Of a DNA stretch of 64,000 nt, positions 1 to 9,427 are shown one piece after another. The stretch is from positions 10,937 through 74,936 of the forward strand of contig JADJLJ010000005.1 in the NCBI GenBank assembly GCA_016710165.1. The letters run 5' to 3'. Source of the stretch: Chitinophagaceae bacterium. Lineage in GTDB: Bacteria > Bacteroidota > Bacteroidia > Chitinophagales > Chitinophagaceae. Numbering within the stretch: the stretch's first letter is position 1; every line of letters begins with the position of its first letter. A program made the position numbers and the translations under genes. The notes beneath the pieces were generated by a model. The model was not told where the DNA came from, ran no database searches, and saw only the letters and a program-made list of their open reading frames with translations.

Positions 1-790
1 GCAGTAATTTTCCATCGTTGTTGCTTACCAGCGCCCGTATGTTCAGGCTGCGGGTATTTTCTGAGATCCCCGATTCAGCTGCTATGATCCTGGCCGAATA
101 GGTTCTTGGATTGCCTTCAATGCTGAAGTCAACCGATTGCCCGATCCGGAAGCTGCTGCTGTATTTTTCAGGCAACGTAAAATCCAGTTTCAACTGGCTG
201 TTCTGCCGGATGGTGGTTAATGTTGTTGCGGGGCTGATGTACGCACCGGCGCTTACATTCTTCAAACCCAGTGTTCCGCCAAAAGGGGCCCTTATCTCTG
301 TACGGCTGATGCCGGTACGTACAATCTCCATATCGGCCCTGATGGTGTTTACCTGTAAAGCGCTCAGGTCATACTCCTGCTGGCTCACGCCGTTTATCTT
401 CAGCAGTTCGCCCATGCGGCTTACGGTTTGTTCGGCCACGGCCAGCTGCACCTGTAATTTCTTTAACTGGGCCTGCAGGTCGCCGTCATATATTTTAGCC
501 AATAAAGCCCCCTTGCCTACTGTTTTTCCTTCGTTGATGTTGAGGTAAACCAGCCTGCCGGAGATCTCGGGATGTATCTCTGTTTCCTCGTTGGCAATGA
601 TGGAACCGGGTAATTCGGCCTTGTCGCTAACCATCATGGGTTTAACGATATAGCCCTCCACCTTCATTGCGGTGGGTTTAGGTGCTGCGGGGGCATCGGC
701 TTTTTTATCGCTGCCCTTGCAGGAAATAAGTAAAAAAACGGTAACCGTGATACTGCTAATAAAATAAATGCTGCGGAAGAATATTTTCAC
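1..790 (-). CDS. RND efflux periplasmic adaptor (membrane fusion protein), lipoprotein; 3' end runs off the window
   Basis: Not in the ORF track; translated by hand from GTG at 790: VKIFFRSIYFISSITVTVFLLISC (lipobox)...IANEETEIHPEISGRLVYLNINEGKTVGKGALLAKI...EIRAPFGG. This is the typical MFP lipoyl/barrel-sandwich pattern. Confidence 0.85.
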   Translation of the reverse strand, partial: MKIFFRSIYFISSITVTVFLLISCKGSDKKADAPAAPKPTAMKVEGYIVKPMMVSDKAELPGSIIANEETEIHPEISGRLVYLNINEGKTVGKGALLAKIYDGDLQAQLKKLQVQLAVAEQTVSRMGELLKINGVSQQEYDLSALQVNTIRADMEIVRTGISRTEIRAPFGGTLGLKNVSAGAYISPATTLTTIRQNSQLKLDFTLPEKYSSSFRIGQSVDFSIEGNPRTYSARIIAAESGISENTRSLNIRALVSNNDGKLL

Positions 791-872
791 CTGTTGTTGG
801 TTTGATTCAGGCGATAAATTTAAGCCATATTCACTACCCGGAATCAATTTTTTATATGACCGGCAACTGCCA

Positions 873-2378
873 TCAACGGGCTTTTACAAAGAGGGTATTT
901 TTAATGCGGTTGGCCTGGTGGATGAGCTCCTGTTTTTCCCTGCTCAGGATGGTAATATGGCCCATCTTACGGCCCGGTTTGGTTTCTTTTTTTCCGTAGA
1001 TATGAACGAACACATTTTCGATCTGCAGAATTTCATTCAGTCCTTCATAAACGGCTTCGCCGGTATACCCCTCCGCACCGATCAGGTTTACGATAGCAGC
1101 GGGTAAAATAGGGTCGGTACATCCCAGCGGGTAACCCAGCATTACCCGCCACAGCATGTCAAACTGCGAACTGTAGCTGGCTTCAATGGTATGATGACCA
1201 CTGTTGTGTACCCGGGGGGCTGTTTCGTTCACGAAAACATTATCGTCGGTGTCAACAAATAATTCCACAGCAAAAATGCCGGGGCTTTTCAGATCCTTCA
1301 CCACTTTCAGTGCCACTGCTTCCACTTTCCATAATACCTTTTGGGGCAGGTCTGCCGGGCTTACCTGGTATTCCAGCAAATTGAGTTTGTTATCAAAGAT
1401 CATGTCCACAGGCGGGTACAGGGCTGTTTCGCCTTTGTCGTCCACCGCGATGATCATGGAAACTTCTTTTTTGATGCGGATGAGTTTTTCCAGCACAGCG
1501 GGGGCGTTAAAACCTTTGTCCAGGTCGGCTTCTGTTTTGATCAGTTGAACACCCTTTCCGTCGTAACCACCCATTGCCAGTTTATGGGCAGCAGGTAAAA
1601 AACCAGTCTGCTTTTTCAGTTCAGCCAGATCGTTTGTGATCACAAAATCACTGGTAGGGATCCCGTTGTCTTTATAAAACTGCTTTTGAAGTATTTTATT
1701 CTTGATGGTCTTAAGGGCCGATGGCCTGGGATAGATCTTAATGCCTTCGGCTTCCAGTTTTTCCAGTGCATCTGCATTCACCGATTCAATTTCGATGGTG
1801 AGGGCATCCAGGCCTTTGCCGAAATTGTAAACATCCTCAAAGCTGGTTATATCGCCTTTGGTGAAATGATGACAGAGGTGTGCTGCCGGGCAGGCGGGAT
1901 CGTTCTCCATTACAAAGGTTTCCACGGGGTAGTTGGCAGCCGCTTGTAACAGCATGCGGCCTAACTGGCCACCCCCTAAAATGCCAACCCGGGGCTGCCC
2001 TGAGCGGAGTCGAAGGGCAGATGGCCGGGCGGAGTCGGGACCTTTTTCCAAATCTTTATACTTATGGTGTGAAAAATTATTGCATTGCGAAAGTAACTGA
2101 AGCTTGTGAAAATTCCCTTCTGTCAGTGCTTTTTTCTTTGCTTTTGACCAGCCTTTGATCTGTGATTCCCTTTCAACAGCATCTTTCAAAAAGGGGATGG
2201 TCTCGTAATACTTTAATACCAATGGTCTTCGGCTGAATGTATAGTAGGTTTCATAGTACCCGGTCTTATGTTCTTCAAATCTTCGTACCAGGTCATCGGT
2301 GAGGCCTGTGTAGTAAGAGCCATCATTGCACAGGATGATATATATATAATATGATTCCTGTTGGGTATTATAGATCAT
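873..2378 (-). CDS. purK: Fusion: N-terminal GIY-YIG endonuclease (aa ~1-109), repeat-encoded linker, and N5-carboxyaminoimidazole ribonucleotide synthase PurK (aa ~131-501)
   Basis: N-terminus YIYIILCNDGSYYTG...RRFEEH...ERESQIKGWS is a small GIY-YIG domain. The C-terminal part has GILGGGQLGRM, GYDGKG, NETAPRVHNSGH and YGKKETKPGRKMGH (ATP-grasp PurK). A possible internal TTG start lies at 2051. Confidence 0.9.
   Translation of the reverse strand: MIYNTQQESYYIYIILCNDGSYYTGLTDDLVRRFEEHKTGYYETYYTFSRRPLVLKYYETIPFLKDAVERESQIKGWSKAKKKALTEGNFHKLQLLSQCNNFSHHKYKDLEKGPDSARPSALRLRSGQPRVGILGGGQLGRMLLQAAANYPVETFVMENDPACPAAHLCHHFTKGDITSFEDVYNFGKGLDALTIEIESVNADALEKLEAEGIKIYPRPSALKTIKNKILQKQFYKDNGIPTSDFVITNDLAELKKQTGFLPAAHKLAMGGYDGKGVQLIKTEADLDKGFNAPAVLEKLIRIKKEVSMIIAVDDKGETALYPPVDMIFDNKLNLLEYQVSPADLPQKVLWKVEAVALKVVKDLKSPGIFAVELFVDTDDNVFVNETAPRVHNSGHHTIEASYSSQFDMLWRVMLGYPLGCTDPILPAAIVNLIGAEGYTGEAVYEGLNEILQIENVFVHIYGKKETKPGRKMGHITILSREKQELIHQANRIKNTLFVKAR
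1989..2042 (-). repeat. Two REP-like hairpins read in frame as the GIY-YIG/PurK linker (GPDSARPSALRLRSGQPR)
   Basis: Minus strand GGTCCCGACTCCGCCCGGCC and CTGCCCTTCGACTCCGCTCAGGGCAG (7-bp stem). Same core as the CTTCGACTTCGCTCAG array at 2497-2628, in opposite orientation. Confidence 0.85.
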
Positions 2379-2460
2379 GCCGGTAAGCTAATGCCGGGCA
2401 ACTAAAAGGGGAAGTGAAAAACAGCATGGTTTTATGTGGTTGTCACCGACTTATTGGGTC

Positions 2461-2482
2461 GTACCTCGACTTCGCTCGGTAC
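2461..2482 (+). repeat. Single hairpin copy of the CTTCGACTTCGCTCAG family
   Basis: GTACC-TCGACTTCGCTC-GGTAC: a 5-bp stem around the family core. Confidence 0.75.
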
Positions 2483-2496
2483 TTGCCGCTTCCACA

Positions 2497-2628
2497 CTTC
2501 GACTTCGCTCAGTGCGGACTTCGACTTCGCTCAGTGCAGACTTCGACTTCGCTCAGTGCGGACTTCGACTTCGCTCAGTGCGGGCTTCGACTTCGCTCAG
2601 TGCGGGCTTCGACTTCGCTCAGTGCGAT
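2497..2628 (+). repeat. Tandem array of 6 x 22 bp (CTTCGACTTCGCTCAGTGCGGA consensus), no spacers
   Basis: Units start at 2497, 2519, 2541, 2563, 2585 and 2607. They vary only in the last 4 nt (CGGA/CAGA/CGGG/CGAT). Confidence 0.97.
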
Positions 2629-2641
2629 TGAGAACTTTTAT

Positions 2642-2649
2642 TATCTTTG
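2642..2649 (+). promoter_or_regulatory. Bacteroidota sigma-A -7 element (TATCTTTG), probably for hppD
   Basis: Matches TAnnTTTG; lies immediately after the tandem array and ~150 bp upstream of hppD. Confidence 0.45.
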
Positions 2650-2795
2650 GATTAATAATGACACCCGATTATCCACATAAACTCTTTTCCGACAAGCGTA
2701 ACAGCTATTCTATGCTGATGCTTACGCTTGCGATGGATTCGGCCGGTTAATTTGAATGCAGCTCCCAGGCTATTTTTTATTTCAAATTAATTACC

Positions 2796-3929
2796 ATGCA
2801 AACAACAACCGTTCAAACCTCAACCGTAAATAACAGCACAACTGATTTTCTTCCCCTGCAGGGAACCGACTATGTAGAGCTTTATGTTGGCAACGCCAAA
2901 CAGGCGGCCCATTTTTATAAAACAGCTTTCGGCTTTCAGTCGGTGGCCTATGCAGGTCCTGAAACCGGCATGAGGGATAAAGTGAGTTACGTGATCCGCC
3001 AGAACAAACTCACGTTTGTGCTGACCACACCGTTAAAGAGCAGTAATCCCATTGCAGACCATATTCATAAACACGGCGATGGCGTGAAAGTGCTTGCCTT
3101 AAAAGTGGAGGATGCCGCCAGCGCTTTTGAAGAAACCACCAAACGGGGCGCCAAAGCATATCTTGAACCAACGGTTTTAAAGGATGCCGATGGCGAAGTG
3201 GTACTGAGCGGGATACATACCTACGGCGATACCGTGCACATCTTTGTGGAGCGTAAGAATTACAAGGGCCTATTCATGCCGGGATTCCGGGAATGGAGGT
3301 CGAACTATAATCCTGCAGAGACCGGTTTGTTGTATGTTGACCATTGTGTGGGCAACGTAGGATGGAACCAGATGAATCCCTGGGTGAAGTTTTACGAGGA
3401 TGTGATGGGCTTCCGCAATATCCTGAGTTTTGATGACAAGGATATATCTACTGAATACTCGGCACTGATGAGTAAGGTGATGAGCAATGGAAATGGTTAT
3501 GTGAAATTCCCCATCAATGAGCCGGCAGAGGGCAAGAAGAAAAGCCAGGTGGAAGAATACCTTGATTTTTACGACGGGGAAGGGGTACAGCATGTGGCCA
3601 TTGCCACCAACGATATCGTTAAAACAGTGACCGAACTGCAAAACAGGGGGGTGGAGTTCTTAACCATCCCGCCCAGTTATTATGAAACCGTTCTGGAACG
3701 GGTTGGCAAGATCGATGAAGACCTGGAGCCATTGCAAAAGCTGGGTATACTGATCGACCGGGACGACGAGGGGTATTTGCTGCAGATATTCAGTAAACCA
3801 CTGGAAGACCGGCCGACACTGTTTTTCGAGATCATCCAGCGCAAGGGCGCCAGGAGCTTTGGTAAAGGGAATTTCAAAGCCTTGTTTGAAGCGCTGGAAA
3901 GAGAACAGGACGCACGGGGAAATCTATGA
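2796..3929 (+). CDS. hppD: 4-hydroxyphenylpyruvate dioxygenase
   Basis: HGDGVK, DHCVGN, FPINEP, GVQHVA, LLQIFSKP and FFEIIQRKG..FGKGNFKALFE motifs. Confidence 0.97.
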   Translation: MQTTTVQTSTVNNSTTDFLPLQGTDYVELYVGNAKQAAHFYKTAFGFQSVAYAGPETGMRDKVSYVIRQNKLTFVLTTPLKSSNPIADHIHKHGDGVKVLALKVEDAASAFEETTKRGAKAYLEPTVLKDADGEVVLSGIHTYGDTVHIFVERKNYKGLFMPGFREWRSNYNPAETGLLYVDHCVGNVGWNQMNPWVKFYEDVMGFRNILSFDDKDISTEYSALMSKVMSNGNGYVKFPINEPAEGKKKSQVEEYLDFYDGEGVQHVAIATNDIVKTVTELQNRGVEFLTIPPSYYETVLERVGKIDEDLEPLQKLGILIDRDDEGYLLQIFSKPLEDRPTLFFEIIQRKGARSFGKGNFKALFEALEREQDARGNL

Positions 3930-3946
3930 TACCGGATCACGTATTT

Positions 3947-3981
3947 AAAAATAACTGCATGGTTACCATGCAGTTATTTTT
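3947..3981. terminator. Bidirectional-type intrinsic terminator after hppD
   Basis: AAAAATAACTGCATGG-TTA-CCATGCAGTTATTTTT, a perfect 16-bp inverted repeat. Confidence 0.85.
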
Positions 3982-4089
3982 GTTTTTGGGTATCCTGCCC
4001 GAAAGAATTCCCGTTTTGGATGCTTTTATATTGAATATTTTTTTTTACTTTTAAAGTCGCTAATAAATAAATCAATCCACTTAAAATTA

Positions 4090-4857
4090 ATGAACCGCTT
4101 ACTTCTCAAATCATGTTTGCCGGTATTCATTGCAGTTTTTGCAAGCTTTGCCTGCTTTTCCCAAACGGCATTCAACGATAATCAAAAGAACAATTACCGG
4201 GTGGGGGGTACATTCAACAAACTGGAGGATTCTTTGAAAAGGCAGTTTGAAGAAAAGAAACTTGCCTGGCCTCCCCAGTCACTTTATATCCGCTCATTCA
4301 AATACGACCGCCAGCTGGAAGTGTGGGTGAAGAACGGCAACAACGAGTCCTTCAAACTTTTTAAAACATACAAGGTTTGCATGCAGAGCGGCACCACCGG
4401 TCCGAAGCGTATGGAAGGCGACTACCAGATCCCGGAAGGCTTTTATTATATCAACGAATTCAATCCAAACAGCAAATACCATTTATCACTCGGGCTCAAT
4501 TATCCCAATGCATCCGACAGGATATTGAGCGATTCGATCCGGCCCGGCGGGTCCATCTACATTCATGGTAATTGTGTTTCCACCGGCTGTATTGCCATCA
4601 GCGATATTCCCATTGAAGAATTGTTCATCATCGCTACCCGGGCAAGGGCCAACGGGCAGGATTTCATCCCGGTGCATGTGTTCCCGGTGCGGTATGATGT
4701 GAAAAAATCCCTTCTATACCTTGCCGAAGCAACCATCCGTAACCAGGTGATACAGAAATTTGCCATCCGCCTCAAAGAGGCGTTTGATTATTTTGAAGAG
4801 AAGAGACAGCTGCCTGTCATCATGGTCAGCAAAACAGGTGAGTACGTGATCAATTAG
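4090..4857 (+). CDS. L,D-transpeptidase family protein (YkuD; YafK/DpaA-like)
   Basis: Signal peptide; GPKRMEGDYQIPEGFY, LSLGLNYPN and IYIHGNCVSTGC (His/Cys catalytic motif). Confidence 0.88.
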   Translation: MNRLLLKSCLPVFIAVFASFACFSQTAFNDNQKNNYRVGGTFNKLEDSLKRQFEEKKLAWPPQSLYIRSFKYDRQLEVWVKNGNNESFKLFKTYKVCMQSGTTGPKRMEGDYQIPEGFYYINEFNPNSKYHLSLGLNYPNASDRILSDSIRPGGSIYIHGNCVSTGCIAISDIPIEELFIIATRARANGQDFIPVHVFPVRYDVKKSLLYLAEATIRNQVIQKFAIRLKEAFDYFEEKRQLPVIMVSKTGEYVIN

Positions 4858-6116
4858 CGCATCAATACCTGCACGGTTTCGGGTGTACGTTGCATCAGTA
4901 AAACAGTCTTTCCATTTGTAAGCTCCTCGTATTTCTCCCTCGAATAATGCCGGATGGTGAGCAACGTAAGGTCTTTTTCCAGTTGCACATCAAAGATATC
5001 CGAAGCAGCCAGCGCCAGTTTTTCAATCTTATCCGGTTTGTCATCGAGGCAGCATAACAGGCTTACTGCCCCGTTCTGCGAAATGTTTGGACGGATCTTG
5101 ACCTGGTCGAATATCTCATGCAGCGCTGCGATCGGTTTTTCCTCCACAAATGAAAAGTCTTTTGAACTTAACTCCATCAGCACCTGGCTCTTCTTCAGCA
5201 CGATAATGGGAGGCAGGTTGTGAACCGGTTTATTGCTGATGACCGTGCCGGCGATCTCCGGTTTCAGGAAGCAACGCACGTGCAGGGGAATGTTCTTATT
5301 CTCCAGCGGCTTGATGGTTTTTGGGTGTATCACCTGGGCGCCGTAGTATGCCATCTCCACCACTTCCCGGTAACTCAGGGCATTGATCACTACGGCATCC
5401 GGGAATTCTTTCGGGTCGGCATTCATCACACCCTCCACATCTTTCCAGATGGTCTGGCTTTGGACATTTAATATATTGGCAAAAATGGCGGCGCTGAAAT
5501 CACTGCCTTCCCGTCCGAGGGTGGTGCTTTCATTCTCACCGGTAGCGCCAATGAAACCCTGGGTGATTACAATATCGTATGCCGCAAACAAAGGTTCCAC
5601 TACTGTTCTTATTTTCTGCCGGGTATGATCCCAGTCGATGGCGGCATCCCGGAAGTTGTCATCCGTACGAACAATGTCCCGCACATCCAGCCATTTGTTC
5701 TTTATGCCGGCTTCCTGGAGGTAATTGCTCACCAGCGAGGTACTTAATAATTCACCGCAACAAACCACCTGGTCGTAATAATAATCGTAATCCCTTACCG
5801 GTTTATCATGCAGCAGCCATTCCACTTCGGTAAAAAAATCCTTCAGCTGGTTTTCGGCCTGCTGCCAGTTGATGTGGATGAGGTATTTAAGCAGGTTCTG
5901 GTGCGATTCCTTCACCTGGTCAAATAATCGCAGGGCATCTTCTTTCCTTCCTTCAAAAAAAGCATCCACCACTTTCTCCAGCGCATTGGTGGTTTTGCCC
6001 ATGGCAGAGATGATGACGAGTATTTTTTCGCCGCCGTACGATCTTAAAATATTGCCTGTGTTCTGTATCCTTTCTGCCGTGCTGATACTGGCGCCGCCAA
6101 ACTTAAAAACCTTCAT
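4854..6116 (-). CDS. lysC: Aspartate kinase
   Basis: MKVFKFGGAS, ISAMGKTTN, TLGREGSDFSA, WKDVEGVMNADP and AYYGAQVIHP. Confidence 0.95.
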   Translation of the reverse strand: MKVFKFGGASISTAERIQNTGNILRSYGGEKILVIISAMGKTTNALEKVVDAFFEGRKEDALRLFDQVKESHQNLLKYLIHINWQQAENQLKDFFTEVEWLLHDKPVRDYDYYYDQVVCCGELLSTSLVSNYLQEAGIKNKWLDVRDIVRTDDNFRDAAIDWDHTRQKIRTVVEPLFAAYDIVITQGFIGATGENESTTLGREGSDFSAAIFANILNVQSQTIWKDVEGVMNADPKEFPDAVVINALSYREVVEMAYYGAQVIHPKTIKPLENKNIPLHVRCFLKPEIAGTVISNKPVHNLPPIIVLKKSQVLMELSSKDFSFVEEKPIAALHEIFDQVKIRPNISQNGAVSLLCCLDDKPDKIEKLALAASDIFDVQLEKDLTLLTIRHYSREKYEELTNGKTVLLMQRTPETVQVLMR

Positions 6117-6249
6117 TCGGTGTGGGTTGATTGAGTAAATTGGGTTAATTTAGCCCTGGTAAAATGATTGCAAAAATCGTTAATCTTGCCCAATAAACTA
6201 ATAAGCTGTTTAAAAATGCTGCATAGGGTTTCTTATTATCATTTCAAAA

Positions 6250-6308
6250 GTGGCCGGTGGGGACACAGGCCACGGCGGACCGCCGCGGTTGGTGCCCTCA
6301 CCAACCGC
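6250..6308. repeat. Inverted doublet of a 29-bp REP-like hairpin (REPIN-like), between divergent lysC and fbp
   Basis: The reverse complement of 6250-6278 (CCGCCGTGGCCTGTGTCCCCACCGGCCAC) aligns end to end with 6280-6308 (CCGCCGCGGTTGGTGCCCTCACCAACCGC, perfect 10-bp stem). Confidence 0.75.
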
Positions 6309-6371
6309 AAATGCTGAAAGTAACTTTCCTTTTTTAAATAAACCAACAATTGCTTAATCAAACAGATCATC

Positions 6372-7382
6372 ATGAGTATTAACCGCAGAATACAGACACT
6401 GGATGAGTTCACCATCCAGCAAATGAGGGATTTTCCGCATGCCACCGGCGAACTGGCCGGGCTGTTGCGGGACATTGGCCTGGCAGCAAAACGGGTTAAC
6501 GTGGAAGTGAATAAGGCCGGGCTGGTGGATATCTTAGGTGATGCCGGGAGCATCAATGTACAGGGAGAAGAGGTGAAGAAACTGGATATATATGCCAACA
6601 ACCAGTTTGTGGGCGTGCTGCAGCATGGGATCAGTTGTGCAGGCATCGGCAGCGAAGAACTGGATGATATCGTTGTGTTTGACGACCCCGTGAGCAATAA
6701 CAGCAAATACGTATGCCTTTTCGATCCGCTGGATGGCAGCAGCAATATTGATGTGAATGTTTCCATCGGCACCATCTTCAGCGTTTTCCGCCGCGTGAGT
6801 GAACTGGGCAAACCCGCTACCCAGGAAGATTTTCTGCAACCCGGCAATAAGCAGGTGGCAGCAGGTTACGTGATCTATGGTTCATCCACCATGCTGGTGT
6901 ATGCAACACGGAGGGGCGTGAATGGGTTTACCCTGGATCCTTCCATCGGGGAATATACACTCAGCCATCCGAACATCACCTGCCCGGAAAAAGGGAAAAT
7001 GTATTCCGTTAACCACGGCAATTTCTTCCAGTACGATGAGCAGGTAAAAAAATACATTACGGCATGTCAGAAAAAGGATAAGACGAATGGCGGTCCGTAT
7101 ACCCAACGGTATATCGGCAGTATGGTGGCTGATGTGCACCGGAACCTGATCAAGGGGGGGATATTCATGTACCCCGGTACTACAGATAAACCAAAAGGGA
7201 AACTGCGGTTATTGTATGAGTGTAATCCCTTTGCTTTTATTGTGGAAAGGGCAGGAGGCCTTGCAACCAATGGAAAGATACGGATACTGGATATCCAGCC
7301 AACAGAGCTTCACCAGCGTACCCCCTTCTTCATCGGCAGTAAAGGGATGATGGAAGAATTAAACGGTTTTTTACTTTCTTGA
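6372..7382 (+). CDS. fbp: Fructose-1,6-bisphosphatase class 1
   Basis: [43 protein letters not shown] and [10 protein letters not shown]. Confidence 0.97.
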   Translation: MSINRRIQTLDEFTIQQMRDFPHATGELAGLLRDIGLAAKRVNVEVNKAGLVDILGDAGSINVQGEEVKKLDIYANNQFVGVLQHGISCAGIGSEELDDIVVFDDPVSNNSKYVCLFDPLDGSSNIDVNVSIGTIFSVFRRVSELGKPATQEDFLQPGNKQVAAGYVIYGSSTMLVYATRRGVNGFTLDPSIGEYTLSHPNITCPEKGKMYSVNHGNFFQYDEQVKKYITACQKKDKTNGGPYTQRYIGSMVADVHRNLIKGGIFMYPGTTDKPKGKLRLLYECNPFAFIVERAGGLATNGKIRILDIQPTELHQRTPFFIGSKGMMEELNGFLLS

Positions 7383-7383
7383 A

Positions 7384-7848
7384 ATGGAAATAATTGAATA
7401 CGAAAGCAGGTACCGGGAGGATTTTAAGCGGCTGAACCTGGAATGGCTTGATAAGTACGGTCTCACGGAGAGTCATGACCTGGAGATATTGAACGATCCC
7501 GAAGGAACCCTGATAAATACGGGCGGCTGTATTTTCCTGGCAATGTACGGCGGGCAGGTGATCGGCACCGCCGGATTATCGAAAAAAAATGAAAAGGAAT
7601 ACGAATTGGTAAAGATGTCGGTTCACCCGGCATACCAGGGCCGGGGTATCAGTAAACATTTGCTTGACCGTTGCCTGGATGAAGCCAGAAAGACAAAAGC
7701 AGAAAAGGTCTCTCTTTTTTCGAACAGTCAATTGCAGGCCGCATTGAAGCTGTATGAAAAATATGGATTTCACCGCGTTGCCGTAACCGATACACCCATG
7801 CTGACAGCAGATGTAAAAATGGAATTATCTTTATCCCCCAATCAATAA
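7384..7848 (+). CDS. GNAT family N-acetyltransferase
   Basis: KMSVHPAYQGRGIS acetyl-CoA motif; LYEKYGF. Confidence 0.88.
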   Translation: MEIIEYESRYREDFKRLNLEWLDKYGLTESHDLEILNDPEGTLINTGGCIFLAMYGGQVIGTAGLSKKNEKEYELVKMSVHPAYQGRGISKHLLDRCLDEARKTKAEKVSLFSNSQLQAALKLYEKYGFHRVAVTDTPMLTADVKMELSLSPNQ

Positions 7849-7849
7849 A

Positions 7850-8611
7850 ATGACGAATACGATCATTTCGGTAAAGAACCTGGAAAAGAACTATGGTACG
7901 TTCCGGGCAGTGAAAGGAATTTCCTTTGACGTGTATGAAGGGGAGATATTCGGTTTGCTGGGGCCTAACGGTGCCGGTAAATCCACCACGCTGGAGATCA
8001 TTGAAACACTCCGCACCAAGACCAGTGGCCAAGTGATGGTTTGCGGGATGGACCTGGATAAGGAACCGGACAACATTAAAAAGATAATCGGTGTTCAGTT
8101 GCAGACATCCGGCTTTTACCCGGGACTCAGTTTAACGGAACTGATCGAATTATTCGGCGGCTTGTACAACCAGCCTGTCAACCCATACGAATTACTGAAA
8201 CTGGTAAACCTTGCCGACAAAGCAAAAAACAAATACAAGGAATTGAGCGGGGGACAAAAGCAACGTTTCTCCATTGCCACCACGCTTATCAATAAACCGA
8301 AGATCATATTCCTGGATGAGCCCACTACCGGCCTTGACCCCCAGGCCCGGCGCAACCTGTGGGACCTGGTCCGGAGTATCCGGGCGCAGGGGGCCACGGT
8401 CATCATCACCACCCATTATATGGATGAAGCAGAACAGCTATGCGACCGCATTGCCATTATGGATGAAGGGAAGATCATTTCGCTTGACAGCCCGGATAAA
8501 ATGATCGATGACCTTGTACACAGCGGCTTTGAGCGGCCCAAACAGGTAAAAGCCGCCAGCCTGGAGGACGTTTTCATACATTTAACAGGAAAGGAAATGA
8601 GGGAAGAATAA
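7850..8611 (+). CDS. ABC transporter ATP-binding protein (ABC-2/DrrA-like); no adjacent permease
   Basis: GPNGAGKST, LSGGQKQR, FLDEPTTGLD and TTHYM. Confidence 0.93.
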   Translation: MTNTIISVKNLEKNYGTFRAVKGISFDVYEGEIFGLLGPNGAGKSTTLEIIETLRTKTSGQVMVCGMDLDKEPDNIKKIIGVQLQTSGFYPGLSLTELIELFGGLYNQPVNPYELLKLVNLADKAKNKYKELSGGQKQRFSIATTLINKPKIIFLDEPTTGLDPQARRNLWDLVRSIRAQGATVIITTHYMDEAEQLCDRIAIMDEGKIISLDSPDKMIDDLVHSGFERPKQVKAASLEDVFIHLTGKEMREE

Positions 8612-8628
8612 AATGACGTTTATTTGCA

Positions 8629-8646
8629 TTCCGATAGCTATCGGAA
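8629..8646. repeat. Perfect 18-bp palindrome TTCCGATAGCTATCGGAA (same family as 45620-45637)
   Basis: Self-complementary; shares the CCGATAGCTATCGG core with the copy in the tmRNA 5' fragment. Confidence 0.8.
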
Positions 8647-8670
8647 CATTTTTCAACTAAAAAAACATCT

Positions 8671-9422
8671 ATGAAAAGAGTTTTCTTAAGTACGATCGTG
8701 TTGTGTATTGCCGGTTTATCTGTAACGGCACAAAGTGGTGCAAAACCAAAAGCAAAACCTGCGGCCAAACCAGCTGCCCCGGTAATGAAGAACCTGCTGG
8801 ACAGTTTCAGTTATGCCGCCGGTGTTAATGTGGCTACCAATATGAAGGCACAGGGCATCAGCAAGCTGAACACCGCCATGATGGTAAAAGGTATCGATGA
8901 TGTATTTAAAACAACAAACAACTCCTGGACCAGGAAGCCAACAACACCTGCATGCAGCGGCAGCTGGATATTTTTTCAGCCGAAAAAGATGCGGGTGCAA
9001 AGGCAAAGGGGGTCGCATTCCTGGAGAATAATAAAAAGCGCAAGGGTGTGATTATCCTTCCGAACGGATTGCAATACGAAGTGATCAAGAGCGGGGACGT
9101 CAACGGCAGCAGCCCGAAGATCACAGATACCGTAGAAGTGAACTATTCAGGAACCCTGATAGACGGAACGGAATTTGATAATTCATTCAAACGCGGGGAG
9201 GCAGCTGCGTTCCCGGTTGGCGGGGTGATAAAAGGATGGATCGAGATATTGCAGCTGATGAAACCCGGCGACCACTGGAAGGTGTACATTCCCAGTGACC
9301 TGGCCTATGGGGCATCGGGTGCCGGCAGCGCCATCCCGCCTAACTCGGTGCTGATATTTGAAATTGTACTGGAAAAGATCCGGGTTGCAGCAGCACCGGC
9401 TGATGTACCTAAAAATAACTAA
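8671..9422 (+). CDS. FKBP-type peptidyl-prolyl isomerase (FklB/Mip-like), split by a 1-nt deletion at the A-run 8908-8911
   Basis: The N-terminal half (signal peptide, DSFSYAAG) and the C-terminal half (LPNGLQYEV, YSGTLIDGTEFDNS, VIKGW, LAYG, PPNSVLIFE) join if one A is added (DVFK-NNKQLLDQE-ANNTCMQRQL). Confidence 0.85.
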
Positions 9423-9427
9423 GGCAC

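Noticed and set aside
2497-2628. CRISPR array
   Set aside because: The units are directly adjacent with no unique spacers, and there are no cas genes in the window.
2414-2750. Three short ORFs over the tandem array
   Set aside because: They are translations of the repeat in three frames and have no independent coding signal.
8901-8920. Programmed -1 frameshift in the FKBP gene
   Set aside because: TTTAAAA is not in the X XXY YYZ register for this frame (slipping gives TAA), and A4 is short for transcriptional slippage. An indel error or mutation is simpler.
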